A DNA stretch of 64,000 bases from an uncultured Solirubrobacteraceae bacterium (lineage in GTDB: Bacteria > Actinomycetota > Thermoleophilia > Solirubrobacterales > Solirubrobacteraceae): the NCBI GenBank assembly GCA_902806205.1, contig CADCVR010000102.1, forward strand, positions 17,640 to 81,639, in the 5' to 3' direction. The position numbers were made by a program, and so were the translations under genes. Below the pieces are notes generated by a model, which saw only the letters and a program-made list of their open reading frames with translations, searched no databases and was not told where the DNA came from. Shown piece after piece: positions 9,154 through 18,576 of the stretch (positions are counted from its first letter, which is position 1; the number at the start of each line of letters is the position of its first letter).

Positions 9154-9936
9154 ATGTCCGCGTTCTCGCCCGTCCGAACCCGCCGCACCTTCGAGGAGGC
9201 GGTGGAGCAGATCGCCGAGCGCATCTCGCTCGGCGAGCTCGCTCCCGGCGACCAGCTGCCGTCCGAGCGGACGCTCGCACAGCAGATGGAGATCTCACGC
9301 CCGACGGTGCGCGAGGCGCTCAAGGTGCTCGCCGACTCGGGAGTCATCGAGGTTCGCCCGGGCTCGGGTGGTGGCGCGTTCGTCCGCAGCGAGTTCGTGC
9401 CCCGCGAGGTCCTGCGGCGCGCCGCCGTGCGCATCGGCGAGGTCGGCGGTGTGCTGGAAGCGCGGCGCCTGCTCGAGCCGCGGGTCGCGCAGCTCGCGGC
9501 GCTTCACGGGCGCGAAGCGGACTTCACCGCGATGCAGCGCACGATCGAGCGGCAGGCGGCGATCGCCCACGCACCCGAGCGCTTCGCGGCCAACGAGGAC
9601 CGCTTCCTCGCCCTCGATGTGCAGTTCCACATCGGGATCGCCCGCGCCACGGGGAACGCGACGATCGTCGGGCTCGTGCGCTCGCTGCTGCGCCAGCTCG
9701 AGATCGCGCGCGACATGGCGCTCCACGTGCCCCGCTCCGTCGAGCGCTCGCTGGAGATCCACCAGGAGACGCTCGACGCGATCCGCTCGGGGGACATGCG
9801 CCGCGTCGACGAGATCATGGACGTCCACCTGGCGCAGCTCGAGGGAACCTGGGAGGAGGAGAGCGGCCGCTCCCTCGTGCGAGCGATCCCGGACTTCCTC
9901 AAGCCCGTGGCGGCGCGGGGCGCCAATCGCCGCTGA
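9154..9936 (+). CDS. FadR/GntR-family transcriptional regulator
   Basis: LPSERTLAQQMEISRPTVREAL wHTH; FCD domain (DVQFHIGIARATGN). Confidence 0.95.
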   Translation: MSAFSPVRTRRTFEEAVEQIAERISLGELAPGDQLPSERTLAQQMEISRPTVREALKVLADSGVIEVRPGSGGGAFVRSEFVPREVLRRAAVRIGEVGGVLEARRLLEPRVAQLAALHGREADFTAMQRTIERQAAIAHAPERFAANEDRFLALDVQFHIGIARATGNATIVGLVRSLLRQLEIARDMALHVPRSVERSLEIHQETLDAIRSGDMRRVDEIMDVHLAQLEGTWEEESGRSLVRAIPDFLKPVAARGANRR

Positions 9937-10029
9937 CGCGGGGTCGGTGCGCTCGTCCGTCGAGCGGATCGCGGTGTGCACCAGGTCTGGTAAGGTAAGC
10001 TGACCAAGACCTTCCCGGGGGAGAACCGC

Positions 10030-13000
10030 ATGGCTGTCGCCGCCGCACCGCCGCCCGCCGTATCCTTGGACGACAAGTACCTGCTCCGCGAAGGTCGCAT
10101 CTTTCTCTCGGGCGTCCAGGCGCTCGTGCGCGTGCCGCTGGACCAGCAGCGAGCAGACCACGCGGCCGGCCTGCACACCGGGACGTTCATCTCGGGCTAT
10201 CAGGGCTCGCCGCTCGGCACGTTCGACCAGGAGCTGCTGCGCATCCGCGGGCTCTGGGCGGAGCACGAGCTCCACCTCCAGCCCGCGGTCAACGAGGAGC
10301 TCGGCGCCACCGCCGTCTGGGGCTCGCAGCTCGCGGCCGGCATGAAAGGCGCGAAGGTCGACGGCGTGGTCGGGCTCTGGTACGGCAAGAACCCGGGCCT
10401 CGACCGCGCGGCCGACGCGATCCGCCACGCGAACCTGTGCGGCGTCGGGCCGACGGGCGGTGCGGTCGCGCTCGTCGGCGACGATCCCGGGTGCAAGTCC
10501 TCCACGCTGCCCAGCGCGAGCGAGGCGATGCTCGCGTCCCTGCTGCTGCCGACGTTGTGGCCGGGCAACGTGCAGGAGGTGCTCGACCTCGGGCGTCACG
10601 CCGTCGCGCTCTCGCGTGCGAGCGGCCTGTGGACGGGCTTCAAGATCGTCACGAACGTCGCCGACGCGGCGGGCACGGCGGAGGTCTCCCCGGAGCGCGT
10701 CACCCCGGTGATCCCGGAGGTCCTGCGCAGCGGGCGCCGCTACGTCCACCGGCCGAACCCGGTGATGCTCGCGCCGGACTCCCTGATCTCCGAGCGCAAC
10801 CTCTTCGACGTCCGCCTCGAGATCGCGCGCGCCTACTCGAGGATCAACGCGCTCAACCGCGTGACCGTCGACGGGCCGGGCGCCTGGCTCGGAGTGGCAG
10901 CGGCGGGCAAGACGTACGCGGACCTCATCCAGGCCTTCGCGGACCTCGGCCTCGACGACCTGTCCCTCAAGGCCGCGGGCATCCGCGTCCTGAAGCTCGG
11001 GATGGTCTGGCCGCTGGAGGAGGCGACCGTCCGTGAATGGGCCCAGGGGCTGCAGGAGCTGCTCGTCGTCGAGGACAAGCTGCCGTTCCTCGAGACCGCC
11101 GTCAAGGACGTGCTCTACGGCGTCAGCGAGCCGCCGCGGGTCGTCGGCAAGCTCGACGAGGAGGGCCGCGTGCTGCTTCCCGCCGAGGGAGAGCTCGACG
11201 CGGACCTCATCGCTCGCGCGATCGCCTCGCGCCTGCGCCTGCGCGACATCCGCGTGGAGTCCGTCGTCGCCCGCATGGCCAAGCTCGAGGAGGCCCAGCG
11301 GGCGAAGCTCGTGCCGCTGCCCGTCGTGCGCACGCCGTTCTTCTGCTCGGGCTGCCCGCACAACTCCTCGACGGTCGCCGCCGACGACGCCCTGGTCGGC
11401 GCCGGCATCGGCTGCCACACGATGGTGCTGCTCAACCGCGACGGCCGCGGCATGATCACCGGCATCACCCAGATGGGCGGGGAAGGCGCGCAGTGGATCG
11501 GCATGTCACCGTTCCTCGAGGAGCAGCACTTCGTCCAGAACCTCGGGGACGGCACGTTCCACCACTCGGGCTCGCTCGCGGTGCGGGCGTCGATCGCGGC
11601 GGGCACCAACGTCACCTACAAGCTCCTGGCCAACGGCAGCGTGGCGATGACGGGCGCGCAGAGGATCCAGGGCGGCATGAGCGTCGCCGAGCTCACGCAC
11701 TGGTTCGCCCTGGAAGGGGTCAAGCAGGTTGTCGTGACGACGGAGGATCCCGCGCGCTACGACGGCGTCGAGCTCTCACCGATCGCCACGGTGCGTCCGC
11801 GCGAGCACATGCTGCAGGTGCAGCAGGAGCTCGCGGGGGTCCCAGGCACCACCGTGCTCATCCACGACCAGGCGTGCGCGGCGGAGAACCGGCGCCTGCG
11901 CAAGCGCGGCAAGCTCGAGGAGCCCAGGAAGCGCGCGGTCATCAACGAGCGCGTCTGCGAGGGCTGCGGCGACTGCGGGTCGAAGAGCTCGTGCCTCAGC
12001 GTGCAGCCCGTCGAGACGGAGTTCGGGCGCAAGACACAGATCCACCAGGCGTCGTGCAACAAGGACTTCTCCTGCCTGGAAGGCGACTGCCCGTCGTTTC
12101 TCACGGTCATCCCCGGCAAGGCCCGCGAGCACGTGATTCCCGCGCCGCCCCCGGATCTGCACGAGCCGGAGATGCTCGTCGACCCGACGGATTTCACCCT
12201 GCGGATGATCGGCATCGGCGGCACGGGAGTCGTGACGGTCTCACAGATCCTCTCGATGGCCGCCCACCTCGAGGGCAAGCACGCGTGGGGGCTCGACCAG
12301 ACCGGCCTGTCGCAGAAGGGCGGCCCGGTCGTCTCCGACGTCCGCCTCTCGACGGAGCCGATCGCCGGGACGAACAAGGCGAGCGCCGCGCACGTCGACC
12401 TCTACCTCGGACTCGATCTGCTCGGCGCGGCGAACCCGAGGAACCTGCGAACCGCGGACCCGGCGCGCACGATCGCGGTCGTCTCCACCGGCGCGGTGCC
12501 CACGGGCAAGATGGTCGTCGATCCCACGGTCGGGTTTCCCGCGCTCGAGGACGCGTTCGCGGCGATCAACGGCCGGACGCGCGCAGCGGACAACGTGTTC
12601 CTCGACGCGCAGCGCCTGAGCGAGCGGCTCTTCGGCGATCACCTGCCGGCGAACATGATCGCGCTGGGCGCGGCGTTCCAGCGCGGTGCGCTGCCCGTCG
12701 CGGCCGGCTCGATGGAGGCGGCGATCCGCCTCGACGCCACCGCGGTGGAGAAGAGCCTCACGGCGTTCGCGTGGGGCCGGGCGTGCGTCGCGGCGCCCGA
12801 CGCGGTCGCGGCGCTCGAGGGCGTCGCCGGCCGGCTCGTCGCGGAGCCGCTGTCCGCGGAGGGCCGGGCGCTCATCGCCCGCGTCGGGGCCCCCGAGGGC
12901 TCCGAGCTCCGGCGGCTGCTCGAGCTGCGCGTGCCCGAGCTCATCGCCTACCAGAGCGCGGAGTACGCCGCGCGCTACGTCGCCTTCGTCGGCGAGGTGC

Positions 13001-13581
13001 TCGAGGCCGAGCGGCGACTCGGCGGCGCCGACGACGGCGCGCTCGCGATCACCGAGGCGGTCGCCCGCATGCACTTCAAGCTGCTGGCCTACAAGGACGA
13101 GTACGAGGTTGCGAGGCTGCACCTCGATGCGCTCGAGAAGATCCGGGCCGAGCACGGGGAGGAGGCGGAGCTTCGCTTCCGTCTCCAGCCCCCGGTGCTG
13201 CGGGCGCTCGGGATGCACCGCAAGCTCGAGCTGGGGGAGTGGTTCGTGCCGGCGTTGGGCGGGCTGCGGCGGATGAAGCGCCTGCGGGGCACGCGGCTCG
13301 ACCCGTTCGGCCGCACCGCGGTCCGCCGCGTCGAGCGCGCGCTGCCCGCCGAGTACGAGGAGGCCGTACGCGGCGCGCTCGCCCACCTGACCCCCGCGAC
13401 CTCGCCGCTCGTCGCCGAGCTCGCAGAGCTCCCCGACGTCATCCGCGGCTATGAGGAGATCAAGCTGCGCGGGGTCGCGCGCTGGCGTGAGGAGACCGCG
13501 AGGCTGCGGGCGCGGATCACCGAAGGCGTGCCGACGGCCCCCGAGGCGCCGTTCGTGCTGCCGTTCACGCTGGTGCGCTGA
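10030..13581 (+). CDS. Fused indolepyruvate/arylpyruvate:ferredoxin oxidoreductase family protein (IorAB fusion)
   Basis: SGYQGSPLG, FCSGCPHNSS, GIGCH, TPP motif GDGTFHHSG, CEGCGDC...CLEGDC ferredoxin, GIGGTGVVT gamma domain, AYKDEYEVARL tail. Confidence 0.95.
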   Translation: MAVAAAPPPAVSLDDKYLLREGRIFLSGVQALVRVPLDQQRADHAAGLHTGTFISGYQGSPLGTFDQELLRIRGLWAEHELHLQPAVNEELGATAVWGSQLAAGMKGAKVDGVVGLWYGKNPGLDRAADAIRHANLCGVGPTGGAVALVGDDPGCKSSTLPSASEAMLASLLLPTLWPGNVQEVLDLGRHAVALSRASGLWTGFKIVTNVADAAGTAEVSPERVTPVIPEVLRSGRRYVHRPNPVMLAPDSLISERNLFDVRLEIARAYSRINALNRVTVDGPGAWLGVAAAGKTYADLIQAFADLGLDDLSLKAAGIRVLKLGMVWPLEEATVREWAQGLQELLVVEDKLPFLETAVKDVLYGVSEPPRVVGKLDEEGRVLLPAEGELDADLIARAIASRLRLRDIRVESVVARMAKLEEAQRAKLVPLPVVRTPFFCSGCPHNSSTVAADDALVGAGIGCHTMVLLNRDGRGMITGITQMGGEGAQWIGMSPFLEEQHFVQNLGDGTFHHSGSLAVRASIAAGTNVTYKLLANGSVAMTGAQRIQGGMSVAELTHWFALEGVKQVVVTTEDPARYDGVELSPIATVRPREHMLQVQQELAGVPGTTVLIHDQACAAENRRLRKRGKLEEPRKRAVINERVCEGCGDCGSKSSCLSVQPVETEFGRKTQIHQASCNKDFSCLEGDCPSFLTVIPGKAREHVIPAPPPDLHEPEMLVDPTDFTLRMIGIGGTGVVTVSQILSMAAHLEGKHAWGLDQTGLSQKGGPVVSDVRLSTEPIAGTNKASAAHVDLYLGLDLLGAANPRNLRTADPARTIAVVSTGAVPTGKMVVDPTVGFPALEDAFAAINGRTRAADNVFLDAQRLSERLFGDHLPANMIALGAAFQRGALPVAAGSMEAAIRLDATAVEKSLTAFAWGRACVAAPDAVAALEGVAGRLVAEPLSAEGRALIARVGAPEGSELRRLLELRVPELIAYQSAEYAARYVAFVGEVLEAERRLGGADDGALAITEAVARMHFKLLAYKDEYEVARLHLDALEKIRAEHGEEAELRFRLQPPVLRALGMHRKLELGEWFVPALGGLRRMKRLRGTRLDPFGRTAVRRVERALPAEYEEAVRGALAHLTPATSPLVAELAELPDVIRGYEEIKLRGVARWREETARLRARITEGVPTAPEAPFVLPFTLVR

Positions 13582-13605
13582 GGCAGCTCCTAAGCTCCGC
13601 TTCCA

Positions 13606-14166
13606 GTGTCCCGTCATGCTGGCCCAGCGCCGCACTCCGCGTCGGCCAAGCCGCTCGCCGACCTCGGCGGCCCCGGCCTCCGGCTGCTGCTGTGCGGCAT
13701 CAACCCGTCGCTGCGCTCGGCGGAGGCCGGCCACCACTTCGCCCGCCCCGGCAACCGCTTCTGGCCGGCCTTGCACCTGGCGGGCATCACCCCCCGGCGC
13801 CTCGCGCCGGCCGAGCAGCACGAGCTCCTGCCGCTCGGCGTGGGGATCACGAACGTCTGCGCCCGCCCTACGCGCCGTGCCGACGAGCTGACTCCGGGCG
13901 AGCTGCTCGCCGGCGCCCTCGCGCTCGAGGCGCTCGTCGCCGGCTGGCGCCCCGGGGTCGTCGCGATCGTCGGCGTCACCGCCTACCGCGCCGCGTTCAC
14001 CCGCCCCCGGGCGGTGCTCGGCGAGCAGGCCGAGCGCCTCGGCGGTCGCCCGCTCTGGGTGCTTCCGAACCCGTCGGGCCTCAACGCCCACCACCGCGTC
14101 GAGGACCTCGCAGGCTGGTACGGCGCGGCCTGGGCGGCCGTGGGACCGGCTGTCCGTGACGTCTGA
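13606..14166 (+). CDS. mug: G/U mismatch-specific DNA glycosylase
   Basis: CGINPS, HHFARPGNRFW, LPNPSGLNAH. Confidence 0.9.
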   Translation: MSRHAGPAPHSASAKPLADLGGPGLRLLLCGINPSLRSAEAGHHFARPGNRFWPALHLAGITPRRLAPAEQHELLPLGVGITNVCARPTRRADELTPGELLAGALALEALVAGWRPGVVAIVGVTAYRAAFTRPRAVLGEQAERLGGRPLWVLPNPSGLNAHHRVEDLAGWYGAAWAAVGPAVRDV

Positions 14167-14347
14167 TGCAGCCATACGGTCCATCGGCCGCCACGGACAG
14201 CGTGTGGTGTGCGCCCGAGCTCAAGCGGGAGCGGGTTCTGGGGTGGTGCGCCCGCGGACTGTGGCGGACGCGCGCTGGGGCTGTTCTTCCGCGCCGCCGT
14301 CGCGCCCGTGTAGGAACGCTTGAGGATCTCGTGCGATGGTGTCTGTC

Positions 14348-14959
14348 ATGAGCACGCCGACCCGCACCGACCGCTCCGCCCGCGCGAACGGCCTGCTCGT
14401 GGTCGCGGCGATGGTCGCGCTGATGTGGCTCCTGGAGATCGTCGACGTCATCGCCGGCCACCGCCTCGACGCCTACGGGATCGAGCCGCGCTCCACGGAG
14501 GGCCTGCCCGAGGTCGTCTCCGCGCCGTTTCTGCATCTCGGCTTCGATCACCTGATCTCCAACACCGTGCCGTTCGCGGTGATGGGCGCCGCGATCGCGC
14601 TCGGCGGGGCGGCGCGGGTGCTGCTCGTCACCGCGATCGTCGGCGTGGTCAGCGGCCTGGGCGTCTGGCTCGTCGCGCCGGAGGGAACGGTCACCCTGGG
14701 CGCGAGCGGCCTCGTCTTCGGCTATGCGACGTACCTGATCTTCCGTGGCCTGTTCAATCGCAGCGTCCTCGAGATCGGCGTGGGGCTGGTGGTCGGGGCG
14801 TTGTGGGGAACGGCGCTGCTCGGCGGCCTGCTGCCCCAGGAGGGGATCTCCTGGCAGGCGCACTTCTTCGGCGCGGTCGGCGGCCTGATCGCTGCTCGGG
14901 CGCTCGCGCGCAGCCGGGGCACGGCCGCGCGGCTCCCGGGTCAGCGCGTCGCGGCCTGA
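14348..14959 (+). CDS. Rhomboid-family intramembrane serine protease
   Basis: HLISN, GASG catalytic Ser, ISWQAHFFG catalytic His. Confidence 0.92.
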   Translation: MSTPTRTDRSARANGLLVVAAMVALMWLLEIVDVIAGHRLDAYGIEPRSTEGLPEVVSAPFLHLGFDHLISNTVPFAVMGAAIALGGAARVLLVTAIVGVVSGLGVWLVAPEGTVTLGASGLVFGYATYLIFRGLFNRSVLEIGVGLVVGALWGTALLGGLLPQEGISWQAHFFGAVGGLIAARALARSRGTAARLPGQRVAA

Positions 14960-14988
14960 TCCGTACCAGGGCGCCGCGCCATCATGTG

Positions 14989-16989
14989 ATGGGCGTGGCC
15001 GTCGCCGACCTCGAAGCCCCCACGGTGCCCGCTGCCGCTCGGGCGGTGCGCCAACGGCTGCCCGGGACCCTGCCGGCCGCCCACGCGGCGCTCCTGGTGA
15101 CAGGGGAAGTCGACGCCTTCGCGCTGACCGGGAGCTGGGCCGGCGTCGCGGCGGTGGTCGGCACCGCGCCGCTGCTGGTCCTCGCCCGCGACGACGACCC
15201 GTTCCTGGCGCTGGACCGGCTCCCCGCGCTCGCTGCCGGCCGCGGCGCCGGCGTCGCGCTCGGCGGCGGCTGGTTCGGTGCGCTGGGCTACGCGCTCGGG
15301 GAGAGGACGGAGCCGACGGTGCCCGCGCCGCCTCGGACGCTCCGGCTGCCCGCGGCGCCCCTCGCGTTCTTCGATCACCTGCTCGTCTGTGATCGCGAGG
15401 GGGGCTGGTGGTTCGAGGCGCTGAGCACCCCGGAGCGCGACGCCGCGTTGCGTGGGCGCCGTGACGCGCTGGCGGCCCGCCTGGCCGCGGCGCCACGGCC
15501 GCGCCCCGTCCGCCTGCGAGGCGTGCGCCTGCGCGCGCCGGGTGCTTCGGGGCACCGGACGGCGGTTGCCGCGTGTCGCGAGCGCATCGGGGCAGGAGAG
15601 ATCTTCCAGGCGAACCTCTGCCTGCACCTCGACGCCACCCTCGACGGGCGCCCCGAGGATCTCGCCGTCGCGGCCGCCGAAACCCTCGCACCGGCACACG
15701 GCGCGCTGCAACGGGGCACTTGGGGTGCGCTCGTGAGCGCTTCACCCGAGCTCTTCCTGCGCCGCACGGGACGAGACGTCCGTACGGAGCCGATCAAGGG
15801 GACTGCGCCGGCCGGGAGTCCGCTCGCGCTGACCGCCTCGGCGAAGGACCGCGCGGAGAACGTCATGATCGTCGACCTGATGCGAGACGATCTGGGGCGA
15901 GTCTGCGAGTTCGGCTCGGTCAGCGTCGGAGAGCTGGCGAAGCCCCGCACCGGTGCGGGGGTGACGCATCTTGTATCTGGTGTCAGCGGGAGGCTTCGGC
16001 CCGACGTCGGCGACGGTGAGCTGCTTCGGGCGACGTTCCCGCCGGGCTCGGTCACAGGTGCGCCCAAGGTGCAGGCGACCCGCGTCATCGCCGAGCTCGA
16101 GGGCTCGGCGCGGGAGCTCTACACGGGCGCGATCGGGTACGCCAGCCCGGTCGCCGGCCTGGAGCTGAGCGTCGCCATCCGGACGTTCGAGCTCGTCGGC
16201 GGGCACGCGCAGCTCGGCGTCGGCGGTGGCATCACGTCCGGCTCGCACCCGGACGCCGAGCTCGAGGAGTGCCTCGTCAAGGCCCGGCCGCTGCTCGCCC
16301 TCGGGGCCGCGGACGCGCCGGCTCTCACCACCCCGTCCGCGCTCGCACTGCCCCCGCCGGCGCTCTCCGACGGACGGAAGCGCCCCGATCCGGCCCGCGG
16401 GGTGTTCGAGACGCTCCGGGTCCTCGACGGCGTCGCCGACCGGCTGCCCGACCACCTCGCCCGCCTGCGGGCCGGTGCGGCGGCGTGCGGCCTCAGGGCT
16501 CCTGGAGACCTGCGATCACAGGTCGTCACCGCGGCGGCGCGGCAGGGCACGGGTCGGCTCCGCCTCGACCTCGCCTTCGACGAGAGCATCGCGATCAGCA
16601 CTGGCCCGCTTCCTGCGACGGACGGCCCGGTCCGCCTCGCCCCGTGCCTCCTGCCCGGCGGACTCGGCGCGCACAAGTGGGCCGACCGGCGCCTGCTCGA
16701 CGCCCTGGCGGTCGCGCTCGGTGCCGTCCCGCTGCTCGTGGACACCGACGGCTCGGTCCTCGAGGCGGCCTGGGCGAGCGTCTGGGCGCAGGAGGGCGAC
16801 CGCCTGCTCACCCCGCCGGCCGACGGGCGCCTCCTCCCGGGCCTCACCCGCGCCGCGCTGCTGGCCGGGGACCCGCGGTGCTCCGAGGAGCCGCTGTCGC
16901 TGACGCGGCTCGGCCGCGCGGACGCGGTCTGGGTGAGCTCCGCGCTGCGCGGGCTCGTCCCGGCGCTGCTGCGCCCTGAGAGCCGCTGA
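14989..16989 (+). CDS. pabB: Aminodeoxychorismate synthase component I fused to class IV aminotransferase (PabB-PabC)
   Basis: GEIFQANL, SPELF, PIKGT, KDRAENVMIVDLMR, PPGSVTGAPK; C-terminal GVFETL, HLARL, HKW, LLPGLTR. Confidence 0.85.
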   Translation: MGVAVADLEAPTVPAAARAVRQRLPGTLPAAHAALLVTGEVDAFALTGSWAGVAAVVGTAPLLVLARDDDPFLALDRLPALAAGRGAGVALGGGWFGALGYALGERTEPTVPAPPRTLRLPAAPLAFFDHLLVCDREGGWWFEALSTPERDAALRGRRDALAARLAAAPRPRPVRLRGVRLRAPGASGHRTAVAACRERIGAGEIFQANLCLHLDATLDGRPEDLAVAAAETLAPAHGALQRGTWGALVSASPELFLRRTGRDVRTEPIKGTAPAGSPLALTASAKDRAENVMIVDLMRDDLGRVCEFGSVSVGELAKPRTGAGVTHLVSGVSGRLRPDVGDGELLRATFPPGSVTGAPKVQATRVIAELEGSARELYTGAIGYASPVAGLELSVAIRTFELVGGHAQLGVGGGITSGSHPDAELEECLVKARPLLALGAADAPALTTPSALALPPPALSDGRKRPDPARGVFETLRVLDGVADRLPDHLARLRAGAAACGLRAPGDLRSQVVTAAARQGTGRLRLDLAFDESIAISTGPLPATDGPVRLAPCLLPGGLGAHKWADRRLLDALAVALGAVPLLVDTDGSVLEAAWASVWAQEGDRLLTPPADGRLLPGLTRAALLAGDPRCSEEPLSLTRLGRADAVWVSSALRGLVPALLRPESR

Positions 16990-17184
16990 GAACCCGCTCC
17001 CCAGTGGCGGCGCATCGCGCCCCCGAGTGCGTAGAGCGCGTTCAATCCTGCCTTAAACTGGACGTAACGCTAACCGGCGTCTTTTGGTGGATCGCGGGCT
17101 ATCGTGCCGCTTCGCGCACCCGATCAGGACGGTCGAGCACCGGTCAAGGATGGCGGCAGCCGCCGCGGAGGAGCCCCAGGAGTC

Positions 17185-18576
17185 ATGCGGAGAGAGGTGG
17201 TCGCCAGAGCAGGAGTGGTTGCCGTGCTGGTCCTCGCTCTCGTGCTGCTCGCCCTCGTCCTGCTCCGAGGCGGTGGCGGGGGATACGAGATCGACGCCCG
17301 CCTGGCCAACGCGGGCAACCTCGTGAAGGGCAACCTCGTCACGGTCGCCGGCGAGGAGGTCGGCAAGGTCAAGGAGATCCGCCTCTCCGACGACGGACTG
17401 GCCGTGGCGCGCCTCTCGGTGGACGACGAGTACGCGCCGCTGCGCCAGGGCACCCGCGCGGTCGTCCGCAAGCGTTCGCTGTCGTCCATCGCCAACGACA
17501 TCATCGAGCTCCAGCTCGGCGAGGGCGACGCGCCCGACATCGAGGAGGGCGGCACGATCACGGCCGTCAACACGGAATCCGATGTCCCTCTCGACGCGGT
17601 CTTCAACACCTTCGATCCCGTGGCCCGCGTGGCGGTCGGCAAGACCTTCAAGCTCTTCCGCGACTTCAACCGGGGCAAGGAGGAGCGCGCTCGCGCGGCG
17701 TTCATGTACCTCAATCCCGCGCTCTCGTCCTCGAGCCGCCTGTTCGCCGAGCTCGATCGCAACAAGCCCGACCTCGAGCGCTTCATCACCGCGACGGCCT
17801 CGCTGACCACCGACCTGAGCGCCCGCGACGACGAGCTCGCCGGTCTGGTGACCAATCTCGGCACCACCATGCGCGCGCTCGCCTCCGAGCGTGAGAGCCT
17901 CGGCAGCGCCCTGGACCAGCTGCCGACGTTCCTTCGCCGTACGAACACGACGTTCGTCAACCTGCGGGCCTCACTCGACGACCTGGACCCGCTCGTCACC
18001 GCCGCCACGCCCGTGGTGCGCGACAAGCTGCGCCCGCTCTTCGCGGAGCTGCGCCCGTTCGCGGCGGGGGCCGAGCCGACCGTGCGGGACCTGTCGCGCA
18101 CGATCCGCCAGCCCGGAGCCGACAACGATCTCGTCGACCTGCTGGAGCGCCAGCCCGCCGTCGACCGGATCGCCAACGCCAAGGCACAGCGCAACGGGCG
18201 TGAGCGTGAGGGTGCGTTCCCCGCGATGCGCCGTGCGGCGCAGGGCGCCAGCCCCCAGCTCGGATTCCTGCGGCCCTACGGGGTGGACCTCGTGGGCTGG
18301 TTCGACGACTTCAGCGCCTCGGGTGCCTACGACGCCCTCGGCTCGTTCTCTCGCGCGGGCCTGCAGGTCAACCAGTTCACGTTCAACCCGCTGCTCGACA
18401 GGGTCCTCCCGGTGCCGGGTGCGTTGCGGCCGCTGCTCGAGAGCGAGTCGCTGGCCACGGGGCGCAACAACCGCTGCCCCGGCTCCATCGAACGGCGTGC
18501 CGGCGACGGCACGAACCCCTACAAGCCGTCGGCGGACTTCAACTGCGACGCGAGCCAGGTTCCGATCGGGAGATGA
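17185..18576 (+). CDS. MCE/MlaD-family protein 1
   Basis: N-terminal TM; NAGNLVKGNLVTVAGEEVGKV MCE domain; long helical region; AGGAG RBS. Confidence 0.9.
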   Translation: MRREVVARAGVVAVLVLALVLLALVLLRGGGGGYEIDARLANAGNLVKGNLVTVAGEEVGKVKEIRLSDDGLAVARLSVDDEYAPLRQGTRAVVRKRSLSSIANDIIELQLGEGDAPDIEEGGTITAVNTESDVPLDAVFNTFDPVARVAVGKTFKLFRDFNRGKEERARAAFMYLNPALSSSSRLFAELDRNKPDLERFITATASLTTDLSARDDELAGLVTNLGTTMRALASERESLGSALDQLPTFLRRTNTTFVNLRASLDDLDPLVTAATPVVRDKLRPLFAELRPFAAGAEPTVRDLSRTIRQPGADNDLVDLLERQPAVDRIANAKAQRNGREREGAFPAMRRAAQGASPQLGFLRPYGVDLVGWFDDFSASGAYDALGSFSRAGLQVNQFTFNPLLDRVLPVPGALRPLLESESLATGRNNRCPGSIERRAGDGTNPYKPSADFNCDASQVPIGR

